Shown here in pieces: positions 45,401 to 56,702 of a stretch of DNA of 64,000 nt (positions are counted from its first letter, which is position 1; each line of letters begins with the position of its first letter). The notes beneath the pieces were generated by a model. It was not told the origin of the DNA and ran no database searches. It saw nothing but the letters and a program-made list of their open reading frames with translations. Location: the NCBI GenBank assembly GCA_030141605.1, contig JAQGDQ010000121.1, positions 62,001 to 126,000 on the forward strand, written 5' to 3'. Position numbers and translations under genes: made by a program. This DNA comes from Tubiluchus corallicola. Its lineage: Eukaryota; Animalia; Priapulida.

Positions 45401-48400
45401 GTGTGCATTCATAGCAGACAGAATATTGTAATTATGATAAGGTTTGTTGTTGATAAGAATGCAGCGTCACTATCCTGCTCAATCAAAATAATTATTTTAT
45501 TTGTGGTGTACTTAAATCTGTGTCTCAATACTAACTTATTGTTTCTGCAGCACATACAATAATGAGATAGAGTTACTGCATTACGGGTGGGGGAGTCGTT
45601 ACTTATTGGGCCTGTTATAAATAATTTGTAATGTAACCTAAGGTTTCTGCATCTGATATGCAGTTTGAATGAGTGTTTTAGATAAATGATTATTACAATA
45701 ACTAGTTTATCACCTAACAAATGCTCTGTACTAGAAATATCCAACCCACATTGCATACTGGGTGAAACAAACCTGCGTGTATAGTGTCACTCTTTCACTC
45801 ATTCCCACCATTGATCGTGTCACAGACATGGATGAATTTCGAGTACTCTGCACAATATTTTGCAAAAAATGTACTTCAGTTTGAAACGAGATCAGGCTAC
45901 TGGAAAGACTTTTATTAACACATCCATCTTCAGACAGTATCAGGAAGAATTCAGCATGGCATGCAGTTCCGTTATAAACTTATTTCAGCACTTGTGGTAA
46001 GAACATCCAGAGATTTGTGCAGAGCCTATAAAGACTCACAATGCCCAACAAAGGGGATGTCATCCAAGCAACCAGCAGTTTACACAGCGAAACAGTGTTT
46101 TGCCCATATTCCGCTTAATTGCAAGTAATGGCAAAGAAGTCATAAAATACACAACAGTGATTACAGTTTTTATGCAAGGACATGGTATTTATGTATTATG
46201 GAAGTCAGCAAGCCAGGGTTTAAAGTCATGAAGGATAACCGAAAGTTATATGCTGTACTCACGTGTAAAGAAATATGCACTTTTTTTCATTTACGTCATT
46301 CGTCTCGCTCGCGCAAGGAAAAAAATGGTGGTTGTTGGAATTCGCGAAGCTAAATCACGGAGCAATAAGAAATCAAACGAAACAAGTTTTAAAGTACGTT
46401 TCTAGTAAAACAAATCTAATACTCTTATTCACCATAACATTTGACGCTGTAAAATCTTATTTTATAATAAGGGTTTAGTTTGACGTTAAAAAATGAGACA
46501 GGATTTGCTCAAGGTTAATGCTTGGACTGACTGTTTAAAAAAAAAGTGAGTGACTATTAGAAATAACTACATTTCCAAACTTTATGAAAATTAGAGCCTA
46601 CACATACTTCAGACGTCTGTGATTCTTTCTGTCCTCCAAAACCAAATCCACCAGAAAACATGTCACTAAATCCCCTGCCGAAACCAGAACTGCCAAATAT
46701 GGTTCTGAAAAGCTCTTCTGGATCCATGCTAGCATGGAATCCTTCAAATCCGCCTGGTTGACCAGCTCCAAAGTCTCCCGTTGTGCCCCATTGATCATAT
46801 TGTTGTCGTTTGCGATCATCACTTAATATCTTAAAAATAATTGGAACTAAAAAATAAATAACTTCAGAGATTCAAAATTCAACAATTTAAAGATTTAACA
46901 GCAGATGGCAAAGTTGACAAAGGTCATTTAAGGTCAATTTTCTCAAAAGTTTTGCATTTATTGTCTCCTAAGCTTTCACATCGTTAAAACTGACACAACT
47001 TACAGAGAGCAGTCAAGTCAAAAGTGACAGTTCCAACTTTAGGACTAATTTTCATCAATTTGCCAGAATTTCAACAAACTTATAAGCAACTTGAAGCAAG
47101 GTGGAACAATTAAAATAAACATAATTCCAAGCAAACTATACTAACCCTTAACTTACAATGGCAAAGATTATTTTCATTTGGTTAATTAAATCAAATTACA
47201 TCAGTTTTACACATTACTGCTTAAAATTGAATTGCATTTAAAAGGTGGACAAAAGTAAAAACACAATTTAAAATCTCCATAAAATTTGTTAATTTGCTTA
47301 AAATTTGTTGAAATCACTATTAAAAACTTAAAAAATACTCATGGCAGGTTTTGGTGGGCAGACAAAAAATTTCTATAAAACTTGCTAATTTGTTTAAAAT
47401 TTGTTTGAAACTGCAGTTAAAAACTCAAAAAAACTCACGGCAGATCTTAATTGGCAGGCTTATTTTTATTAGCATTAAGACTGGAAATAATGTAAATGTA
47501 AATCGTAAAATGCAAAAGACTAAAGCAGCATACCTGAGAGAAGTATTTTGTAACAGTAAGAAATTAAAAGTATGAAATTCTATTTGAGAAAACCTGGAGA
47601 AGAAACAAAATTTTTCACTTAACCTGCTTTCATGACTAATAAATTTTATAGTGGATATACTGTGTTACCTCGTAAGCCTCAGAGACATCTTTAAACTTTG
47701 CTGCAGCTTCTGGGTTGTTTTTGTTTCGATCTGGATGATACTTTTTAGCTTTCTAAATGAGAAACAAAAATGCAGTTAAAAATTAACTTGTAAATAATTA
47801 AGTACACAGACATAGTGATGGAGAAGTGCCACTAAAAAGGGTCAAGTTCCACGTTCTTTAGGAGTTGAATAAACGTTCAAGTTCAAGTTTCTCCTAGCCA
47901 GATTGAACTTTGTTTACATTCAAGTTCACAATCGGGTTATGCCAAAGTTAAGGTTCCAAGTTGGTAGTAACTACGAAAATGGCGTTGCTATTCACTTAAG
48001 TATGCAAAGATGTTGATATTTCATTCAGGAATGAATCAGGAAATTGGTTTACGAACAATGTCACCATTGGTAACCCTGTTTGAACATCTGGCATATTGCA
48101 GCACTGGCATAACTTAACACTGTAAGTTCCTGTCATTTATGTAATAGAAATTCTTTGTTTTTCATTATTCTCTTATTTCTAAATTGGTAAATAAACTGGG
48201 AACCTAATTTCAAGTTCGCCTGTTCAGCGAACTTGTTCGTCTTCAAGTTCTAGTTAGTTTTTAAATAATTATTGTTAAGTTCCTAAGTTCATAAAAAACG
48301 GAACGAGTTTCTGGAACAAATTCACAAGTTCATCCCAACACTGCACACAGAACCAGTTTTAAACCAACTTGACAAATTTCTTCATACTGGGCCACGCGCC

Positions 48401-50707
48401 AAAAATGGCCCCACTTTTACACGCTAGAGCCGCGGACCTTATGATGAATCAACGAGTGCCCAGTGTGCACGAAGTTTCTTGATACTGTGAATGCAGCGAA
48501 ACCATTCAGCCTGACATCGTATATCCATGTTTCAATATTTCTTATTGATCGTTTGTTTACTTGTTTCATAATTTCAGCTTAGAAGGTCTGTTTTTAGAAG
48601 GCACAAGCACAAACAGTCTGTCAGTAATTATCTTGACTCGTAACAAAACATTAAATATTTCATACAGGTTTTGAATTGCTAGTACATATCATTGTGGATA
48701 ATGGTGGAGCAAACCCTCAATGCTCTGTGGTTGGAACTAGAGTACTGCACGAAGAATAAAACAGTAAAAATGTGCGTAAACTACAACAAAAAAATTACAA
48801 GTGTTTCTACTTAGTAATTTAGACCTGTAAAGCAGTGCAAGCTTTATCAAATTGAAAAGATTTCGTTACCTCATAATATGCCTTTTTTATTTCCTTCTGT
48901 GAGGCTCCTTTTGAAATACCGAGTATGCTATAGTAATCTTTTTGTGCGAGGCAAAATGAGGATGCATGAAAATTTCGACTAGTACAAAGTTGCAACTTCA
49001 ACCCTGAAAAAGTAGTTTTCATAACAGGTTAGAGAAAACCAAAGTAAAAGAATGAAGAAAGCTGATATGGAACAAGTCTCAGGATAACGTACAAGCAGTT
49101 TGTTGGCACACTGTGACTTAAACACTGTACAGTGGGTGGCACAGAAGAACATTACCTTAACTGCATTAAAAATTTTGTGTCAATTCTAGAATTAAAGAAA
49201 AATCTCAAACCAAATCTCAATTTAGTGTGTGTGTGTGCGTGCGTGCGCGTGCGTGTTACAGTGGAGAGACAGAGCGTGTGCAAGAGTGAGAAAGAGGTCA
49301 TTTCATGCACTCTTATTTGCTTTTTTCTTTAATTTATCATTAATCTGGGCTGCACCAACACAAGATTTTCTTCTTGGTGCTGTCTTGAGTCTAGCTACTA
49401 TACCCTGTCCAAAGGAATAAGGACCTAAACAGTAACTATCTGTAAACGGTCCTCTTTGAAACTTCAACTGATGAAGCACTGAGAGTTGATGATGAAAGAT
49501 GATTCCATGGTTGAAATACACAATGCCCAAAGAAGTGAGATCTGATGTTGGTTCTAGTTGGTTGCACAAATAACTAAAACTCATGATCACGTTTGGTAAG
49601 AGCTTAGCATATACATTGTTAATACTGAAATTAATGTCATTCAGAGAATCAGCATTCGAGCCAGAAGAAGGAATATGCAAGACATTATCATCAGGCTCAT
49701 GGGTGAAGAAAGAAGCAAAAGCATCATTTATTGCAGAAGCGACCTTTTCAGGACAAGTATCAACAATCCTTAATGCTGCTAATACGGTTTGAAGGCTTTA
49801 AGAAGTATTTACAATTACCTGAAGATTTCCTTGCCATTTTTGCTCAATTTACTTGCAAGTCTATTTTCATACCTCATCCTTGCCTGGCAAATAGACTAGA
49901 TAACTTTAATTGCTGGGATTGTCTGGTATACTCAGCAAGAGCACTGCACAGATTAGTACGGTTCCACAGCTACGTAAATAGTCTTAGTAATAATTACAAT
50001 AATGTGTAAACGCATTCTGCGTACAAATTTGTGCATTGTAAACTATTTAATGCTGTGACCAATTGTCTGCTCATAATAAATTTAATAATAATATTCTAGT
50101 TCTAAAAATTCTAATTCTAAATTCTGTTTTGAATTTGAATATTGCTACTGTAATAACATCACACTTATTATAAAAATATAGTTTTACAACTAAAACTGCC
50201 AAGCATATTGATATTGCCCGGCCAAAGTATCTCTTATGATAGATGCGGCTTCATCTAACGACGCGTCATCGTCACGTTTTGCTGTCATGTGCATTTTGAA
50301 ATGTTGCATAGAAAATTAAAATAATAGTATTAATAGACATTTCACTAGTTAGTATCTGGCTATGCCTTTTTGAAAGCGTTAAACTGCTCATTCTGTAAAC
50401 TGCCGCAATTGATAACAACCGTAAACGAGAGTTAACAATGAGTTAGCACACAGAACACGAATATCCAAATTTTGCCGTTCATGTACCAGGTAAGGGAAAG
50501 GCTAAGGAAACAAAATTAATCTTACATAAAATCATTTCAATAATCACCTTTATTAGTGTCATTATACAGTTGAAAGCGAATAAAGACTGCTGCAGATTTG
50601 GAGTAATATCGACATTGTTTATGTACAACGTTTAAAAATGGTGTATTGATATTTCCAGTTTTTCCACGCCTAAAAATAACTCTCGACCATTTCATGGTCG
50701 CCGCCAT
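39489..50707 (-). CDS. DNAJA3: DnaJ homolog subfamily A member 3, mitochondrial (Tid1)
   Basis: Exons 50548-50707, 48870-49003, 47669-47752, 46608-46829, 44661-44813, 43935-44082, 43310-43503, 42183-42298, 40289-40386 and 39489-39587. Basic presequence MAATMKWSRVIFRR, J domain DYYSILG...YHPD, G/F region, four CxxCxGx motifs, and VPAGVEDGQTVR. Confidence 0.95.
40645..40716. repeat. Degenerate (CAT)n microsatellite
   Basis: Direct reading; explains the His-rich and Met-rich spurious ORFs. Confidence 0.85.
41130..41580 (-). mobile_element. Decayed RTE-like LINE fragment in a DNAJA3 intron
   Basis: Minus strand NEVLY...MRQCCLHLFCHVAH resembles the RTE motif RRLRWFGHVAR. Confidence 0.55.
41690..41895 (+). 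mobile_element. Penelope-like pseudo-LTR tail with degenerate minimal hammerhead
   Basis: T-rich tract, then actacgatga-catta-cggtt-taatg-cagaaacgtcagt, AATAAA and ttcaagtg. Confidence 0.5.
45860..46040 (+). pseudogene. Remnant BED zinc finger of a hAT-type transposase
   Basis: TSV*(W)N..., then QEEFSMACSSVINLFQHLW*EHPEI, matching the BED pattern NL..HL...HP with stops. Confidence 0.45.
47268..47460. repeat. Two diverged tandem copies of ~95 bp
   Basis: ataaaa-ttg-taatttg-ttaaaatttgtt...actca-ggcag occurs twice. Confidence 0.75.
47813..48343. mobile_element. hAT-like MITE with many AAGTTC subterminal repeats
   Basis: Ends tagtgatgg / ccaacactg, near-duplicated 8-bp flanks cacagaca / cacacaga, and clustered aagttc motifs at both ends. 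Confidence 0.65.
49430..49985 (-). mobile_element. Internally deleted CR1/L2-like LINE, same family as 20440-21120
   Basis: 49430-49586 is the near reverse complement of about 20940-21110. It is fused to an upstream ORF2 piece (ASAINDAFASFFT, endonuclease-RT linker motif). Confidence 0.75.
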
Positions 50708-51137
50708 TGCAGATGTCCAAAATGACTTTTTTGGAGTTGCGCGGCACCTATTGGTTGAAAAATTACTTAATGTTTATACCACGTGATTACGTTGTAATAA
50801 TCAGTAACGCGGTAAATTTTATTACGGTACTTTGTTAAGTTTTCAATACCTTTAAAAATTTTTCACAGTAGCTAATTTGATTACTTGTAGAACACATCAT
50901 TGATAATAGGAAAAGCTTTAACTGCACGCTTGCTGATAATGTGCTGAATTTTTATGCGATTTTTTAAATTCATTCAAAATGTACTTAGGTTAAAAGCCAG
51001 TGTTCTAAGTGATGCTGATTACATTAGTCAATGATAATGCCTGAATGCATCATAGCATGTAAAACCTAGTTATAGTATGGTAAAAGAAATATTAAACAAA
51101 CATAATTATTGGTGTTATAAAAAAAGTAATTTTTCAG
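50708..51137. promoter_or_regulatory. Bidirectional promoter region of DNAJA3 and NUDT1
   Basis: Head-to-head ATGs about 435 bp apart, ATTGG (CCAAT) near 50750, CACGTG near 50780, and candidate donor gcg|gtaaat near 50812. Confidence 0.7.
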
Positions 51138-51142
51138 GTAAA

Positions 51143-52981
51143 ATGCTAAAGCAGAAGTTGTATACGCTTGTATTTGTCAGAGAAGGACGACAGATTTTAC
51201 TCGGTTTAAAGAAGCGAGGGTTTGGTGAAGGCCGTTGGAATGGTTTTGGTGGTAAAGTACAGCCAGATGAGACTGTAGAAGAGGCAGCTAAAAGGTATAT
51301 CTAGCTAGTAACAGTTTTGATGTATATGTCTGGAGAACAAGTACTATAGTACCAGAATAGGAGTTTAATAGAATTTTAAATTGGGTGCTTAAGTGAAACG
51401 TGATGAAAATAAGTATGATACATAATTCATTGTGTGAAAATTTTTATTTTGTCAGTACAGTAGTTTCATAATTTACGATTGCTTACTTTTTTGTTTTACT
51501 AATGACATGAAAACATAGAGGCCTAGGCACACTGTGATAGTTAACTACTGCTGATAGTGGTGAGTGTAATAGACTACTTTGAATACTTGCAGGCAAGTCA
51601 AATACTAAATGATTACTTTTGTGTTCATTGGTTCATAATAATTTGAAACACAAAAATGCAAAATGTTTTTGAAATAATTTTCATCAAAGGCAGATCACAA
51701 ATGTAAACATTCTTAAACACAAAGCTACGATGTCGCCACTTCCAGTGAGTTTTAGCACGAACTGTGAGCTCAGATTTGTGCAGCCACCCGAGATGGGAAC
51801 ACATGCCAACGGGCAATCTCAGTAATCGATAATGTTGATTACGGTACTTGAAATTGGCGATATCACCCGTCACTGCCACCCTTGCTCTATAAACTACCAT
51901 AAATAAAAACTTCAGACAAAACATCAATTTGTAGTTCTAACGTTTAGTATGTTATTTCTCTCCTATGAATATTTTACAGATCAATCATTGCCAAACATCA
52001 GGTATTAACTGCCCACCTGCTTGCTTAGTTTAATTTAATTTTTTATAATTTCGGGCAAGTGGCACCACAGTACAGAAGTGTTTAATTCTGATCAAATTAA
52101 TAATGCCAAAGTCCTCTACAACTAGACTGAGAGTCAACTGCAACAAAAAAGTAATTTTCTAATTTCTTGACAGAGAATTGTGGGAAGAGTGTTCTGTTAA
52201 GAGCCACACTTTGGAACATTCAGGAATCTTAGAGTTTGAATTTATTGGAAATCCAGTGATAATGTGCGTTCACGTATTTCAAACTCATGATTACGATGGG
52301 GTACCACAGGAGAGTGAAGGTATGTGCATTCGTTCATTCATAAGGAGCATGCTTCACTGACTTACCGAGTAATAATATGATAATTTTAAATTTGGGTGAA
52401 TTTAGGCTTTTTTCAATGTGCATTAATTCATTTGTAAGGAGCACGAGTTACTGACTTACTGAGTAATAATGTGATAATTTTAAATTTGGGTGAATTTAGG
52501 CTTTTTTCAATGTGCCCAAAATTCTGCATTTAATTGGTACCTAAAATTCCAGATTAAAATAAGATGACCTATATATAGAAACACGTGAATTAAGTGGAAT
52601 GGGTTTTCCATGAGAAGATAAATGTATGTTGAAATTACATAAGAACTTTAATAATAGTTTTTTGCTAAAACTCTGTTGAGCAATTTTGAGCCCATTACCA
52701 GTCCTACCAGCCATCACAATGTTTTGCCAGCTGGCTTCTTTACAACTGAGATCTATTCTTGCATTGCATGTGCATTTTAATGATGAAGAAGCATTTGTCT
52801 TTTTGCAGAAATGCGGCCGCAGTGGTACAATACAGACAAAGTCCCTTTTGCTACTATGTGGCCAGATGATCCACTGTGGTTTCCACTTATGTTAAATGGA
52901 TCCAAATTTCGCGGCTACTTTAAATTCCAAGGCATGAACACTATTCTAGAATATAAACTTAACAAAGTAGACAAGTTGTGA
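51143..52981 (+). CDS. NUDT1: Oxidized purine nucleoside triphosphate hydrolase (MTH1, 8-oxo-dGTPase)
   Basis: Exons 51143-51294, 52174-52319 and 52809-52981. Translation: KLYTLVFV...[39 protein letters not shown] (Nudix box)...ESEEMRPQW...[11 protein letters not shown]. Confidence 0.96.
52323..52515. repeat. Tandem ~94-bp duplication at the start of NUDT1 intron 2
   Basis: gagtaataat-tgataattttaaatttgggtgaatttaggcttttttcaatgtgc occurs twice. Confidence 0.9.
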
Positions 52982-53655
52982 CTGAAAAGAAAATTAAGAT
53001 TTCATATTAAAATTATGAAATCTGAGCAGTATCCAGCCATCGCAGTGAAAGTCTAGGGATGTCATCCTTCCATGTTTGTTCAAATGGTCGCGGAATCTAC
53101 CAAGTGTTGGATCTTCGTGAAATGTTCAATGTCATTTGTGGTAAAATTCAAGTAAAAAAACTAGAACAAAGTTTAAATCACGTGCACAAACAATAATGAC
53201 CAGGTGGTAGGTGTACGAGTTGTTTGTGTCTTGCAAAACCATCCTAGCCATTGCTACTCAAAATGCACAAAGTTGTTCTTCCAGATTCCTGTTATGAAAA
53301 CTTAGCAGCATTTACAATACAAATCAAACACTTGCTGCTATTTGTTGGACACATTTCTACACTAAAGCATATCCCCACTTTGTTGTCAAGAGCTGTTTGC
53401 AAGAGTGAATTCACGTATTTTATTTAGTTGTTTATGTACATTTTTGCTGAACTCAGGTTTAAGCTATATTTGCACCTGAACAGCTGTAGGTGGACAGTTT
53501 ATATGGCATGCACAAATATGAAGATAAATGTTCCCTCCCCTGGCCCCATCTAGAAGAACAAATAAAGACCCCATTGACATGATTTGTCAAATAACACTAA
53601 TATTTTTATTTTTTTAACGTTCTAAAAATATAGACGTGATAATTGTCCATAACTG

Positions 53656-53770
53656 CTGTAAATGATTGCGTATTGTGACAGTGACCGTTGTAAATGATTG
53701 TGCATTGTGACAGTGACTGTTGTAAGTAATTGTGCATTGTGACAGTGACTGTTGTAAATAATTGTGCATT
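53656..53770. repeat. 32-bp minisatellite, ~3.6 copies
   Basis: Unit ttgtaaatgattgtgcattgtgacagtgactg. Confidence 0.9.
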
Positions 53771-55882
53771 TCCAAACAACTGAAAAAAGTGTCACTATAA
53801 TAAATATTTTTTTATAAGATGTTCAAGGCATTCATATAGTTTCATTGCAACAGAGTTACAAGACAAACAAGCTGACAAGCTATTTTATGATCATTCAAAT
53901 CATTTAACCAGTGGAACTATTGAACCATTATTATTTATAATAATGGACACCATTATGCAATGATAAAAAATATTTGGCTGCTGCCAAAAACTTTACTACT
54001 TGTCATAGTAAACCCAGGTAGCAAAATACTGAATGCCAGTTTTAACAACGTAGTTGGTTTTACCTCTAGTTTTCAGTCTTCCCATCATAATTGTTGACTT
54101 TATTTATGCAAGCCACTCAAATCATGGTACAACATATTGTGACTAAAGTCACACAATAAATTATTGAAACCATTGCAACTAGAGTGGAATAACTAAACAA
54201 ACTGGTTTTCTGTCATGTTTTTCAGCTGAAATTAAAAGTTGTGCAAATCATAAAACAGAAACGCAGCTACATGGTTTGCAAATGCAAAATAGGCCATGTA
54301 GTAAAACCTAAACTTCCTAAAGTATTAAAATTATCTAGAAACTCATCTACATTGTTATAATTTAAACTCTTAATAATAGCTTTTAATAATTTTGCAGTAG
54401 GTTATACAATGGTAAATAATGTGTCCTCAATCAGCCAGAAACTTACCAACTGTAAAAAGTTTCCTGGTTTAATATAACTGAGGAATAAATCCAGTCAATA
54501 AAGTATTGTATGCCATAAAACAAGAAATATTTGCTAATAAATCTGCAATTTTTTCTTACTTCATCATACTGAAAAGGCGTTCTGTGTATGCGCCATGTGC
54601 ACAACAAATTAACAGATATTATAAATAACAACCATAAAATTGAACGTACAAGATAAAACTGTACATAATCAAGACAAAATTTTTATTGCCAGTTGCGCTA
54701 GACCAAATGCCACTTGGCTCCTTTCTGTCTAATATAGGGGTCTACTGAATTGCCATCATAATTACTACAGTGTACTTTCTGTGCACACAAAACGGTTATG
54801 TAAAATTCACAGCAATCAGTTATAGCAACTTTTTGCAAATTATCATGCAAGTGTAAGCCTTCCAGTCTTGAATATCCCCATTCTAACGGCAGGTTCAGAC
54901 TAGAGTTTTGTCGTGAGTTTTGCTAAGTGTCAGCTTACACTTACTGTCAGAGGAAGCTCTCAGCAACTCTCGGAGAGTTTGCAAGAGAACTCGCAAAGAC
55001 GTTCACATTTACGAGCTTACTCCCAGAGGAAGGAGACCAGAGAGAAAACTGCCGTAATTTCTTTCTTAATGCAACTATACCTGTCATAACTATGCAATTC
55101 CCTAAACTTATTTTCTACCATTCATAAACATTGTGTTAAAAACATTCATTAATCTACAAGTGACTAACAGTACACTTCACACTAACTTCAAAATGTAATT
55201 TTCATGACACACGACAGAAGCTAGAGGCGAGAAAAATAGTTCAATGGCCATTGTGCATTCAGCTAAGTTAAAAACACCAAACACAGTCACTAGCTGTGTG
55301 GACGTCCGCCAGGAATACTGATTCTAAGTAATTTCATCTGCCAGATTGCTAATGGTCATTTACCTCGATGACAGATGATATATGCAAATCTGAAAACACT
55401 GTCTAAGACACTTGGAGGTTCACTGTCTAATCTGTTGGAAATGAGCTAAGCACTTCCTGTACCAGCATAACCATCTACAATGTGTAGTACCAGTTAAGTT
55501 ACTGAGTGCAGTATCCGGTTTACAGAGTGCCAAGCTGAACAAAATAGTCATTCGTCAAAGTTACAAATAAAGAGTAATATATGTATCATAAATCTAATCA
55601 CTAACTCTTCAACTAAAAAAACAAACAAACAGTAATTAAACTACACGTGATTGATAGCACACTTTCACATAAACTTTGGAATGTTGATGATCACAGTTAC
55701 ACAAATACATATCAACATATGAACTCATTTCACCTCACAGATGCCACAGTTGCTTTGCGGCATTGTGTATACCATTATGCTTTATTCATGGAGGCAAGTT
55801 TGCAGTGTTAAGCAACTTTGGAGTCCCAGTTAAATAAGAGGATACTACTGGCAGTATTGAGTAAGATATTGGCCATTTTGAG

Positions 55883-56483
55883 TACGGATGTTCGAGGTTT
55901 GGGTCGGATCGGAACGCTCATTGAGTTTGACTTCGGGATTCTTTGGGTCGGGTGTTCGGGCCAGAACAAAATTTTGCGATCAGGGGTTCTCAATCCAAAC
56001 CACAATTGGAGATAAGAAAATTACAGAGAAATTCTGCAGTTTGATAAACTGCAGAGCTTCATAAATTTAATAATTGCAGATTTATTTCACTAATTAGTAG
56101 TTTTAACAAGTATTCTTGAAATTATACTTTAACAAGTATTTTTGAAGCGTCACATTCATAGATGGTCGAATACACCCATGGCCGGGAAAAGCTAATCATG
56201 CATTTACTTTAAACTATTTACGACATTTTAAAAAACAGCGGTTAATAAAATCTCAATAAAAATATGTTATCACGAAATCTAAATGATCAGTAACTTCATA
56301 AATGGCTAACTTTTCTTCATAATGCCCCAGAAACCTAAAGTATAGTAAAATATATTATAAACAGTTAAAGTTCAGGATCAGGATGGGAAGAAAAGTTAGG
56401 GAGTGGGGTTCGGGACAGGACTGAATGTTCGGGAACAAGGCTTATCGGCTGAATCACAGCAATCCAGATCCTGAACACCCCTA
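55883..56483. mobile_element. hAT-like MITE with (T)CGGG subterminal repeats
   Basis: Ends tacggatgttcg / tgaacaccccta, flanks attttgag / attttcaa, and clusters of ttcggg/gtcgg. Confidence 0.6.
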
Positions 56484-56702
56484 ATTTTCAACATAGATCC
56501 AATTGTTGCCCTTATTTAAATAAAATACATTCAGTAGCGGGACAGGTACAGTTTCTCTAATCATTTGACCACATGTTTAACGCTGTCTAAATTTTTAGCA
56601 GTTAAAAACACCTGAACTAAGCTATTTTTAGGCTGCCACAAGACAAATCACTTATTATGACAATACACTTCTCAGACAATTAATTACGTAAGTAGCTGGA
56701 CG

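Noticed and set aside
49465-49500. CTGATGA...GAAA hammerhead-like core
   Set aside because: No stem II pairing; it is simply the antisense of LINE coding sequence.
53656-53770. CRISPR-like regular repeats
   Set aside because: Head-to-tail minisatellite without unique spacers, in a eukaryotic context.
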